From contig CAZOYJ010000003.1 in assembly GCA_964583905.1 (NCBI GenBank), positions 1-44,954 on the forward strand: DNA of 44,954 bases, written 5' to 3'. The position numbers and the translations under genes are program-made. Origin of the DNA: an uncultured Roseivirgaceae bacterium. GTDB taxonomy: Bacteria; Bacteroidota; Bacteroidia; Cytophagales; Cyclobacteriaceae. The notes beneath the pieces are model-generated. The model was not told the DNA's origin. It ran no database searches and saw only the letters and a list, made by a program, of their open reading frames with translations. Below are positions 8,300 to 16,933 of the stretch, piece by piece (position 1 is the stretch's first letter; each line of letters opens with the position of its first letter).

Positions 8300-9631
8300 A
8301 TGTTCGATAGCTTAAGTATAAAACTGGAGAAGGCCTTTCAAACCCTGAAAGGCCAGGGAAGGATTACTGAAATAAATATTGCCAGCACCATTAAGGAAAT
8401 CCGCAAAGCCTTGATTGATGCCGATGTCAACTATAAGGTTGCCAAAGAAGTAACAGACGAAATAAAACAAAAGGCCCTGGGACAAAATGTGCTCACCGCA
8501 GTCTCACCCGGTCAACTCCTGGTAAAAATTACCAACGATGAACTCACAGCTTTAATGGGCAGTGAAAGCGTTGATATAGCCCTGGATGGTAACCCCACGA
8601 TTATCCTGATTGCCGGCTTACAAGGATCCGGTAAAACCACATTTTCAGGCAAACTGGCCAACTACCTGAAAAAACAAGGGCGCCAGGTATTGCTTACGGC
8701 TTGTGATATCTATCGACCGGCTGCTATCGACCAGTTAAAAGTTTTGGGTGAACAAATTGGAGTTGAGGTATATGCCGAGCCTGAAAACAAAGACGCAGTT
8801 AAGATTGCCCTTGCTGCTGTTGCACATGCAAAGAAAAACAACCATCGGATTATTATAGTCGACACGGCCGGCCGGTTGGCGGTGGATGAAGAAATGATGG
8901 ACGAGATTGCGCGTTTAAAAGAAGCGCTTAATCCATCGGAAACCTTATTCGTGGTTGACTCCATGACCGGGCAGGATGCTGTGAACACCGCCAAAACCTT
9001 CAACGAGCGCCTGAATTTTGATGGTGTTGTGTTGACGAAATTGGATGGTGATACCCGCGGTGGAGCAGCCCTGTCCATTCGCAGAGTGGTTGAAAAACCG
9101 ATTAAATTCATCAGCACCGGTGAAAAGATGGACGCCCTCGATCGCTTCTACCCCGACCGGATGGCGGGCCGGATTCTGGGCATGGGCGATGTGGTTTCAT
9201 TGGTTGAGAAAGCCCAACAAACCTTTGACGAAGATGAAGCCAGGCGGCTCAATAAAAAACTCAGGCAAAATCAGTTTGATCTCAACGATTTTCTGGGTCA
9301 GCTTGAACAGATCAAAAAAATGGGCAATATGAAAGACCTGCTGGGCATGATACCCGGAATGGGCAAAGCGATGAAAGACGTGGATATAGATGATAACTCA
9401 TTCAAGCCGGTGGAAGCTATTATTCGCTCCATGACCCTGGAAGAACGCCAAAACCCCGATCTGATCAACGGAAGCCGGAAAAACCGCATCGCTAAAGGCA
9501 GCGGCACCTCGGTACCTCAGGTCAATCAACTCCTTAAGCAATTTAACGACATGCGTAAAATGATGAAAACCATGAATAAAATGGGAGGCGGAAAACGCGC
9601 TTTGTCTGCTATTAACCCATTCGGAAGATAA
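8300..9631 (+). CDS. ffh: Signal recognition particle protein Ffh
   Basis: 443 aa with an N domain, a G domain (GLQGSGKTT, DTAGR, TKLDGD) and a Met-rich M domain (MGNMKDLLGMIPGMGKAM...MRKMMKTMNKMGG). Confidence 0.97.
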   Translation: MFDSLSIKLEKAFQTLKGQGRITEINIASTIKEIRKALIDADVNYKVAKEVTDEIKQKALGQNVLTAVSPGQLLVKITNDELTALMGSESVDIALDGNPTIILIAGLQGSGKTTFSGKLANYLKKQGRQVLLTACDIYRPAAIDQLKVLGEQIGVEVYAEPENKDAVKIALAAVAHAKKNNHRIIIVDTAGRLAVDEEMMDEIARLKEALNPSETLFVVDSMTGQDAVNTAKTFNERLNFDGVVLTKLDGDTRGGAALSIRRVVEKPIKFISTGEKMDALDRFYPDRMAGRILGMGDVVSLVEKAQQTFDEDEARRLNKKLRQNQFDLNDFLGQLEQIKKMGNMKDLLGMIPGMGKAMKDVDIDDNSFKPVEAIIRSMTLEERQNPDLINGSRKNRIAKGSGTSVPQVNQLLKQFNDMRKMMKTMNKMGGGKRALSAINPFGR

Positions 9632-9726
9632 TTTTCTGAAAAAGTTTTTTCTATCATTCGGTGAAATAGTAAAACTATCTGTGTAAAACACACGTTTTAC
9701 TAACAGTTTACAGGTCAAATTTACAG

Positions 9727-9756
9727 AGTGCCCCTCTCAACACGGGGCACTTTTTA
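9727..9756 (+). terminator. Rho-independent terminator downstream of ffh
   Basis: 8-bp stem agtgcccc (9727-9734) / ggggcact (9744-9751) with a 9-nt loop, followed by TTTTTATT. Confidence 0.75.
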
Positions 9757-9789
9757 TTCATAACTTTACCAACTAAAATCACAAAAAAG

Positions 9790-10335
9790 ATGAAAACAGT
9801 AAAACTTCTGATCATCACCGCGTTGATTTCATGCGCAGCCGTGGAACAAAGTGCAGCCCAAAAATTTCCGGGGCCTGATGCAAGCCCTGCTGATATTGCT
9901 TACTTCAGGCCCGATGGCAGAAATGCCGATCCGCTCATTAAGGTTATTTACGGCAGGCCTTCAAAAAAAGGTCGCACCATGTTGGGCGGTACTGAACCCT
10001 ACGGCAAAGTTTGGAGAACAGGCGCCAATGAAACCACCGAAATAAAGTTATATAAAGACATAACCTTAGGTGGTAAAACGGTAAAAGCGGGAACCTATTC
10101 GTTGTACACGATTCCCGATAAAACCGAATGGACTATTATACTCAACTCCAGGCTTGACACCTGGGGAGCCTATGCCTACGATGAATCCAAAGATGTGGTG
10201 CGTTTTAAAGTGCCAGCCGGAAAGACTGAATCAGAAGTTGAAACCTTTACGATCATGTTTGATGGCAAAGGCGATACAGCGGTAATGATGCTGGCCTGGG
10301 AAAACACATTAATAAAAATTCCATTGAAATATTGA
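9790..10335 (+). CDS. DUF2911-family secreted protein
   Basis: Signal peptide followed by the characteristic ...IKVIYGRPSKKGRTMLGG.EPYGKVWRTGANETTEI...GGKTVKAGTYSLYTIPDKTEWTIILN pattern. Confidence 0.7.
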   Translation: MKTVKLLIITALISCAAVEQSAAQKFPGPDASPADIAYFRPDGRNADPLIKVIYGRPSKKGRTMLGGTEPYGKVWRTGANETTEIKLYKDITLGGKTVKAGTYSLYTIPDKTEWTIILNSRLDTWGAYAYDESKDVVRFKVPAGKTESEVETFTIMFDGKGDTAVMMLAWENTLIKIPLKY

Positions 10336-10444
10336 TTAACGGCATCTCTAAAAACTCTCCAATTGTTACCCTCTTGAGGGGAATAAGGGGAGGAAGATGA
10401 AAAATTTTGAGTTTTTAGAAGATGCCCTTAAACTATACGGTTTC

Positions 10445-10476
10445 AAAAGCCTTGTTTAGTGCAAGGCTTTTTTATT
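10445..10476 (+). terminator. Rho-independent terminator
   Basis: 10-bp stem aaaagccttg (10445-10454) / caaggctttt (10462-10471) with a 7-nt loop and a T-run. Confidence 0.75.
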
Positions 10477-10515
10477 TCCGTTAAAATCCGGTAGTTTACT
10501 CTTGAAAAAATTCAC

Positions 10516-10962
10516 ATGGAAACATTAGGCCGTTCCGACCGGGTTGACTTGCCGGGCCTGGGACTCTACAATATACACGCTAAGATTGATACGGGTGCCT
10601 ATACCAGCAGCCTGCATTGTTCACGGGCCGAAGTGGTGAATGGTGCGCTGGAATTTGTACTGATGGATGATGAACATCCCGAGTTTACCGGGATGACCTT
10701 TGTGTTTAAGGAGTTCACGTCAGGCAGCATCAAAAACTCATTCGGAATTGCCGAAAAACGGTACATCATTAAAACTACCGTTAAACTCTTCGGGCAGGAA
10801 ATTGTAACCGATTTTTCACTCAGCGATCGTGATGCCCTTCGCTTTCCGATCTTGCTGGGTAGAAAAATTCTCCGAAAGCGCTTTCTGATTGATGTCTCGA
10901 AAAAAAATCTATCTTACAGAAACAAGAAAGCCAACGCACGCTCAATAAAAAAAATTCAGTAG
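10516..10962 (+). CDS. RimK-associated putative ATP-dependent zinc protease / retropepsin-like protein (Zn_protease, DUF785 type; RimB-like)
   Basis: The N-terminal pattern [24 protein letters not shown] is typical of this family. It lies immediately upstream of rimK with a 7-nt gap. Confidence 0.7.
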   Translation: METLGRSDRVDLPGLGLYNIHAKIDTGAYTSSLHCSRAEVVNGALEFVLMDDEHPEFTGMTFVFKEFTSGSIKNSFGIAEKRYIIKTTVKLFGQEIVTDFSLSDRDALRFPILLGRKILRKRFLIDVSKKNLSYRNKKANARSIKKIQ

Positions 10963-10969
10963 CCCAGGT

Positions 10970-11866
10970 ATGAACATCGCCATCCTTTCCCGCAACGCAA
11001 AACTTTACTCCACCAGGCGCCTGAAGGAAGCGGGTGAAAAACGCGGGCATAACGTGGAGATTATTGACCACATGAAGTGTGTGCTCTTCATCGAAAAGAA
11101 AAACCCAATCGTGCTGTACCACGGTAAGCGGCTGGATTACTTTGATGCCATCATACCACGTATTGGAGCTTCGGTAACGTTTTATGGTGCGGCCGTTGTC
11201 CGGCAATTTGAAATGATGAAGGTTTTTTCCGCCATCGAATCGCAGGCTCTCATTCGTTCGCGTGATAAGTTGCGTAGTTTGCAGATTCTGTCGAGGGCAG
11301 GTTTAGGATTACCCAAAACCATTTTCATGGATTATTCCCGCGACACAGAAGGAATCATTGAGGCCGTTGGTGGCGCGCCCGTAGTGATTAAATTATTAGA
11401 GGGCACCCAAGGGTTAGGCGTAGTGCTTGCCGAAAATAAAAAAGCGGCCCAATCGGTTATTGAAGCTTTCCACGGACTGCATGCCCGCATTATTATACAG
11501 GAATTTATTAAAGAAGCGCGCGGGTCAGACCTTCGGGCATTTGTGGTTGATGGCGAAGTGGTGGGCGCCATGAAACGCGAAGCCACCCGTGAAGGTGAAT
11601 TCCGATCCAACCTGCACCGGGGCGGAAAAGCATCCGTCATAAAACTAAAGCGTACCGAAAAAGCTGCCGCTGTAATGGCTGCCCGAAAGATCGGTGTAGA
11701 CATGCTCGCCTCCAAACGTGGACCGCTCATAATTGAAGTAAATTCATCTCCAGGATTAGAGGGAATTGAGACAGCTACCAAAATTGATATTGCCGGTAAA
11801 GTTTTTGAATACCTGGAAAAGAATGCCGGAAAGAAAAAAATCCAAAAAGACAAAGTGAATGCCTGA
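10970..11866 (+). CDS. rimK: Ribosomal protein S6 L-glutamate ligase RimK (ATP-grasp)
   Basis: The N-terminus [33 protein letters not shown] closely resembles RimK. ATP-grasp motifs include [33 protein letters not shown] and [13 protein letters not shown]. Confidence 0.9.
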   Translation: MNIAILSRNAKLYSTRRLKEAGEKRGHNVEIIDHMKCVLFIEKKNPIVLYHGKRLDYFDAIIPRIGASVTFYGAAVVRQFEMMKVFSAIESQALIRSRDKLRSLQILSRAGLGLPKTIFMDYSRDTEGIIEAVGGAPVVIKLLEGTQGLGVVLAENKKAAQSVIEAFHGLHARIIIQEFIKEARGSDLRAFVVDGEVVGAMKREATREGEFRSNLHRGGKASVIKLKRTEKAAAVMAARKIGVDMLASKRGPLIIEVNSSPGLEGIETATKIDIAGKVFEYLEKNAGKKKIQKDKVNA

Positions 11867-11905
11867 TCGCATCCTGACCTCAAAATGTAAATGCCCTGAT
11901 GCCCT

Positions 11906-12886
11906 ATGCGTGTTGTAAAAATTGCTAACCAGGAAATCAAACCGGGTGAGTTTAAGGAAATCAAAATCAACATTGCGCGGTTGCCTTCCCATACTGTAAT
12001 CGATACACCTATTTACGTTTCACGCGGACTGGAGGATGGCCCGGTATTAGCCCTGATGGCCGGTATGCACGGTGATGAAATCAACGGGCTTGAAATTGTG
12101 CGAAGAATTCTGGACGGAAACCTGCACCAACCCAAGCGCGGCACGGTGGTGTGTATGCCTGTAGTAAATGTATATGGTTTCTTAAACTTTTCGCGCGAAG
12201 TGCCCGATGGCAAAGATGTAAACCGTTCCTTTCCGGGAAGCAAAAATGGATCGCTCGCCAGCAGGGTTGCCTATAATATGACGCATCAGATCATTCCCTT
12301 CATTGACTACGGTGTGGATTTCCATACCGGTGGCGCCATGCGTACCAACTATCCGCAGGTGCGTGCTGTACTGAACAATGAAAAAAATCTGGAGTTGGCC
12401 AATGCGTTCAACGCTCCCTTTACACTTGATGCTCCCTTCCGGCCAAATTCACTTCGAAGGGAAGCTTCCAAAAAAGGCAAGAACATTATTGTGTACGAGG
12501 GTGGTGAGTCGTTACGGTTCGATCATCACGCTATTGAAGAGGGCATTGCCGGTACACTCAGGCTGATGAATTACCTGGGTATGATTGATTGGTCGCCCGA
12601 AGCTAAAGAACCCAGTAAAATCATTTGGAGCACCACCTGGGTTCGGGCAAAATATGCCGGGTTGTTTCAATCACTCGTACAAAGCGGTCAACTTGTACAC
12701 AAAGGCGAATGGATTGGCACCATTACCGATCCGTTTGGCGAATTCAAGGAAAAAATTCTCGCCCCTGAAACCGCGTATGTTATCGGGTTAAATAACATCC
12801 CGGTTATTAATGCCGGTGATGCGTTGATGCATTTGGGCATGGATAACTTTTGCAAGTTGGACTCTAAAAAACCAGAAAGCGATTAA
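11906..12886 (+). CDS. Succinylglutamate desuccinylase/aspartoacylase (AstE/AspA, M14-like) family deacylase
   Basis: It has the metal motif GMHGDEINGLEI, plus DVNRSFPGS and a second His region (VDFHTGG). This is a common RimK neighbour. Confidence 0.75.
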   Translation: MRVVKIANQEIKPGEFKEIKINIARLPSHTVIDTPIYVSRGLEDGPVLALMAGMHGDEINGLEIVRRILDGNLHQPKRGTVVCMPVVNVYGFLNFSREVPDGKDVNRSFPGSKNGSLASRVAYNMTHQIIPFIDYGVDFHTGGAMRTNYPQVRAVLNNEKNLELANAFNAPFTLDAPFRPNSLRREASKKGKNIIVYEGGESLRFDHHAIEEGIAGTLRLMNYLGMIDWSPEAKEPSKIIWSTTWVRAKYAGLFQSLVQSGQLVHKGEWIGTITDPFGEFKEKILAPETAYVIGLNNIPVINAGDALMHLGMDNFCKLDSKKPESD

Positions 12887-12890
12887 CGTA

Positions 12891-13610
12891 ATGATTACGA
12901 TACGCCTCTTCCTGTTGCTTATACTCATTCAGGTTAGCTGCACATCGAACCTCCGGCAGGAAAACAACGCTGCTCAAAATCACATCACAATTGTCGGTAT
13001 AATGCGCAACGTAATGATGAAGGGTGAACTTTCGGGTATAATTGCCCTCGATACGATTTCAAATAAAAAGAACCTTTTCGGATTGGGGCCGGTTGAAAAC
13101 CTGGCCGGTGAAATTCTGATCCTGGATGGCACGTCATACCTGTCAACTGTTGAAACGGATTCCTCCATGCGCATTGCTCAATCGTACCAAGCAAAAGCAC
13201 CATTCTTTGCATACGCCTATATAGCCGAATGGAAAGAAGTCAATCTACCCGATACCATTCAAACCTTACAACAGGTGGAGACGTACCTGCATCAAACAAC
13301 CAGGCAAACACAGCCCTTTTTCTTCCGGTTAGAGGGCGAAGTTGATAAAGCCATCATTCACGTAGTTAATTTACCACCCGGATCATCCGTTAGTTCACCC
13401 GATGAAGCCCATGTCGGGCAACGGAATTATACACTTGAAAATGAGTCCGTTGAAATTCTGGGGTTCTTTTCTACAAAACACAAGGCCATTTTTACCCATC
13501 ACGACACCTTTTTACACCTGCATTTGATTTCGGCAGATAAAAAATGGATGGGGCATGTGGATTATTTAAGAATAGATCCACGGAGAATTAAACTTTTACT
13601 ATCACTTTAG
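12891..13610 (+). CDS. Acetolactate decarboxylase-family (ALDC-like) lipoprotein
   Basis: It has a lipoprotein-like signal (LLLILIQVSCTS). The segment GLGPVENLAGEILILDGTSY parallels the GIGTFxxLDGELIxxDG core of ALDC. The gap after the preceding gene is 4 nt. Confidence 0.55.
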   Translation: MITIRLFLLLILIQVSCTSNLRQENNAAQNHITIVGIMRNVMMKGELSGIIALDTISNKKNLFGLGPVENLAGEILILDGTSYLSTVETDSSMRIAQSYQAKAPFFAYAYIAEWKEVNLPDTIQTLQQVETYLHQTTRQTQPFFFRLEGEVDKAIIHVVNLPPGSSVSSPDEAHVGQRNYTLENESVEILGFFSTKHKAIFTHHDTFLHLHLISADKKWMGHVDYLRIDPRRIKLLLSL

Positions 13611-13651
13611 GTAATTGGAATTCCAGTCGATCCTTTTTGAATTTTTTATTT

Positions 13652-14251
13652 TTATTTAGGAGTGAATCTCATTGCAATGTTGTAATCGGTCACTAATGCG
13701 CCAAGTCGAAATTTCAAATCACTGAATTTCAATTCCCTAATTCTTTCTTCAATCTTTTTATTATCACCCATCGCTTCAAGTAATCGTTTTTTATATCCAC
13801 CGCGATCAAGCTTAAATACTTCAACTCCCTTTACTATGTAAAATGTTGAACTGACAGATGTATAGGCTGCCCCTAAGCCTGCCGGTCCAATTGCTGGGTG
13901 ACTCCCCACACTTGAATTCTCATATAAAGTTACAGGATTATCAAAAAGGCTGATTTTTTTCATCAAATGCGGTTTCCTATTAAATGTTACCTGAGCGTAT
14001 TCATCGTTAGCTACCTTCAAAACAATTATTTCATCACTATTTATTTTATTTGATTTAGCATCATTTACATGAAGCTTATATTCAATTTGACCAGAATATA
14101 CAATCTGTTCACGCACAAAACATTTTATAGTGTCTGTATTCGTAATAATCTGACCAGGCACAAAACTTGATTTTTGGGAATATCCTTCCGGGGAAAATAA
14201 CAAAGCCCCGATAAAGATGATTATTTTTTGGTGAGTGTGAAAGGTAAGCAT
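13652..14251 (-). CDS. Hypothetical secreted protein (low-GC orphan)
   Basis: The ORF is trimmed to ATG 14251, which gives the signal-like MLTFHTHQKIIIFIGALLFSPEGYSQ (the track start is TTG at 14284). No motif was recognised. A hand count of 13681-13800 gives 40/120 G+C. Confidence 0.5.
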   Translation of the reverse strand: MLTFHTHQKIIIFIGALLFSPEGYSQKSSFVPGQIITNTDTIKCFVREQIVYSGQIEYKLHVNDAKSNKINSDEIIVLKVANDEYAQVTFNRKPHLMKKISLFDNPVTLYENSSVGSHPAIGPAGLGAAYTSVSSTFYIVKGVEVFKLDRGGYKKRLLEAMGDNKKIEERIRELKFSDLKFRLGALVTDYNIAMRFTPK

Positions 14252-14285
14252 ATCGTTATCAAATGAAAAAACAAACAAACTCAAT

Positions 14286-15515
14286 TTACGTGATTCGCTC
14301 CAACCGTTTCAACAATGGTGGATGGGAATAATGAAAAAATACATAAGCCGGATGCGGATACAGGTTCGATAAATTATCGACCGAAAGTTTTTTCAGCGCA
14401 TCGGCCAACGCCTTGCCACTGTAGGCTTTTTTTGCAAAAGCATCGGCTTCAAATTCATTTTTACGGCTGTACGCGTTCATAAACAAACCGGTAACAGCCG
14501 AAATCGGTGAAAACAAAATAGTAAACGCCAACAAATTCAAATGAATCGCTTGTGCTTGTCCGCCAAGGGCCAGGGAAAGATTTTCATTAAACACCATCAG
14601 CGAAAGCACAAAGAGCGTAAACACAATCTGCACCACCGATAACACCAGGCTCCACACAATATGTTTCTTTTTATAATGCCCCACTTCATGAGCCAATACG
14701 GCCACTAATTCTTCGGTGGTGTGATTGGCAATTAACGTGTCGTACAATACAATTTTTTTCTTTTTGCCGATACCGGAGAAAAATGCATTGGCTTTCTTTG
14801 AGCGCTTCGATCCGTCTATCACAAAAATATTGGTAATCGGAAAATTAATTTTCCTTGAAAAATCTTCAATGGCTGTTTTAAGTTCTCCATCCGCCAACGG
14901 TGTAAGCTTATTGAAGAGCGGAAGGATCAGGGTTGTATAGAACATATTCATGAACAGCATAAAAGCAGTGGCCAGTATAGCAAACCATATCCAGAAATTA
15001 GGACCGATAGTATTTACCAGGTAAATCATGGCGCCCAGTAAACCTCCTCCGATCAGCGCGCCCAACATATAGCCTTTCAGCTTATCGCTGATAAAAGTTT
15101 TTACTGTGGTTTTATTGAACCCATATTTCTCTTCGATTACAAACGTGCTGTACCATTGAAACGGAATAGTCAGGATATCGGAAGCCATACCGAGCACGCC
15201 AAAAAATACCAGGGCCAGAATAATGTCATTATCGATGTAAGGCCTGAGTAATCCATCAACTCAACCAAAACCACCCAGCAACAACATCGTGAGCGATACG
15301 GCAAAACTGAACGAAGATGTAAAGAACGAAAACTTGCCAAGTTCGCGATGATACTGCTGTGCCTTCGCATATTTCTCACGATCATAAAAGGAAGCAACCT
15401 CCTCCGGAAGGTCCGTGCGAATAGCCCGCAGGTTGATATAATCCAATACCTGGTCAAAAACAAAGCTCACCGAAACAATGGTAAGAATGAGTATTAAAAT
15501 TTCCTGTGGCTGCAT
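14286..15515 (-). pseudogene. M48-family zinc metallopeptidase (Ste24/HtpX-like) interrupted by one in-frame TGA
   Basis: ORFs 15261-15542 (N-terminal TM part, ATG 15515) and 14286-15197 (HEVGH motif in LAHEVGHYKKKH) are in the same frame. They are separated only by TGA at 15263-15261. Read-through gives ...LLLGGFG*VDGLLRPYIDNDIILALVFFGVLGMASDILTIPFQWYSTFVIEEKYGFNKTT, which is continuous Ste24-like sequence. This could be a true nonsense mutation or a base-call error. Confidence 0.7.
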
Positions 15516-15738
15516 AATAGGCTTTGAAAACAACGGGGGCAAAAATAGTAGGATTTGGTAATAATCAATAAATTGGTGAGGCGCTGTAATTTCATGGAAT
15601 TAATGGATAGCCCTGAACCTTCAGCGGGCTTGAGGGGTTATTCCTTATATGAGTAATCCGGCTCAATAATGTGTTAAAAAACAATTTGTTATATTCGTAT
15701 CTTAATAATAAGAAGCCTTAGCATCTGGCAGAATTATT

Positions 15739-15981
15739 ATGCGAACTCTAACCATACATATACCTGACACCGTTCAACTGGAGGATAATGAGCTGGTCCT
15801 TTATATGGCTTCAAGGCTCTATGAAAAAGGTAAGTTATCCCTTGGGCAAGCTGCTGAACTCGCTGGACTTTCTAAACGTGCATTCGCGGAAATTCTTGGC
15901 CGTTATGGCGTATCCATATTCAATTTCCCACCAGAAGAATTAGAGGAAGACCTAGAAAATGTCAAGCGTTATCGTAAGTGA
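15739..15981 (+). CDS. UPF0175-family antitoxin
   Basis: 80 aa with the family core LYEKGKLSLGQAAELAGLSKRAFAEILGRYGVSIF. It overlaps the downstream PIN-like gene by 23 nt. Confidence 0.75.
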   Translation: MRTLTIHIPDTVQLEDNELVLYMASRLYEKGKLSLGQAAELAGLSKRAFAEILGRYGVSIFNFPPEELEEDLENVKRYRK

Positions 15982-16417
15982 CACCAGTTGCCTGATTCTT
16001 TTGGATAAATTAGGAAAGCTTGATCTCCTTGAATCACTTTTTGATAAGGTTATAATCACCCAGATCATTGCAGCTGAATTCAACAAGCCCTTGCCCTCAT
16101 GGATGCATGTTGAAAACATCCAGGATAACGTGTATCAAAAAATTCTCCAAGCCCATATTGATGTTGGCGAAGCCAGTGCCCTTGCACTAGGGCTTCAAAT
16201 CGAGGAAGCGCTTCTCGTTCTTGATGACTTAAAGGCACGAAACTATGCCAAGCGACTCGGATTAAGATATACGGGAACTTTGGGTATTCTTATTGAAGCA
16301 AAACATGTCGGCTTGATCAAGGAAATCAGACCCCTCTTAAATCAAATAGAAAAAACTGATTTTAGGTTATCAGAAGAACTGATACGCAAAGTATTAAGAA
16401 TTGCTCACGAAGCTTAA
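15959..16417 (+). CDS. DUF3368-type PIN-like nuclease toxin
   Basis: 152 aa starting VIVSDTSCLILL (the acidic Asp near the N-terminus is typical of PIN). It also has GEASALALG and GTLGILIEAK. It is the usual partner of UPF0175. Confidence 0.7.
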   Translation: MSSVIVSDTSCLILLDKLGKLDLLESLFDKVIITQIIAAEFNKPLPSWMHVENIQDNVYQKILQAHIDVGEASALALGLQIEEALLVLDDLKARNYAKRLGLRYTGTLGILIEAKHVGLIKEIRPLLNQIEKTDFRLSEELIRKVLRIAHEA

Positions 16418-16472
16418 CTGCCATTACGCTCTTTACTCTGAAAATTCAATATCAAAAGAATCCTGATTCACC

Positions 16473-16877
16473 ATGCCTTCCCTTTCGAACGAACGCCTGC
16501 CTAATGCTGTTTATCAGCACCTGCGCATCGCCACGGGCCTGTCGGCCAAATCGGATGAAGCGGCCGAGACCGGGCTCAACAATACCCTGCACTTTACCTG
16601 CCTGAAGGATGACAACGGAACGTACATCGGTATGGGGCGTGTAGTAGGCGATGGCGGTACCGCCTGCCAGGTAGTCGACATATGTGTACTGCCCGCATAC
16701 CAGGGACAGGGCTTCGGGAAATTGATCATGCAGGATATAATGCACTTCATCAACACCCGTCTGCCCCGAACCTGTTACATCAGTTTAATTGCCGATGGCC
16801 CCGCCAACCGATTGTATGAACGGTTCGGTTTCAAAGATACGTTGCCAGCTTCGCGGGGGATGTATTACAGAAGGTAA
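16473..16877 (+). CDS. GNAT-family N-acetyltransferase
   Basis: 134 aa with the acetyl-CoA motif VLPAYQGQGFGKLIM and C-terminal LYERFGF. Confidence 0.8.
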   Translation: MPSLSNERLPNAVYQHLRIATGLSAKSDEAAETGLNNTLHFTCLKDDNGTYIGMGRVVGDGGTACQVVDICVLPAYQGQGFGKLIMQDIMHFINTRLPRTCYISLIADGPANRLYERFGFKDTLPASRGMYYRR

Positions 16878-16933
16878 CTGAGGGATGGCTCTTCATAGAA
16901 GGCTACAAAACCGATTCGAAAAACGGGAGGTCT

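Noticed and set aside
11332-11973. 213-aa minus-strand ORF.
   Set aside because: It is antisense to rimK, which has unambiguous ATP-grasp motifs. Its composition is Ser/Pro/Ala-rich, typical of shadow frames.
15261-15263. The in-frame TGA in the M48 gene as selenocysteine or reassigned Trp.
   Set aside because: The site has no plausible catalytic role for Sec, and I saw no obvious SECIS-like hairpin immediately downstream. TGA terminates other genes in this window normally, so a code change is not supported.
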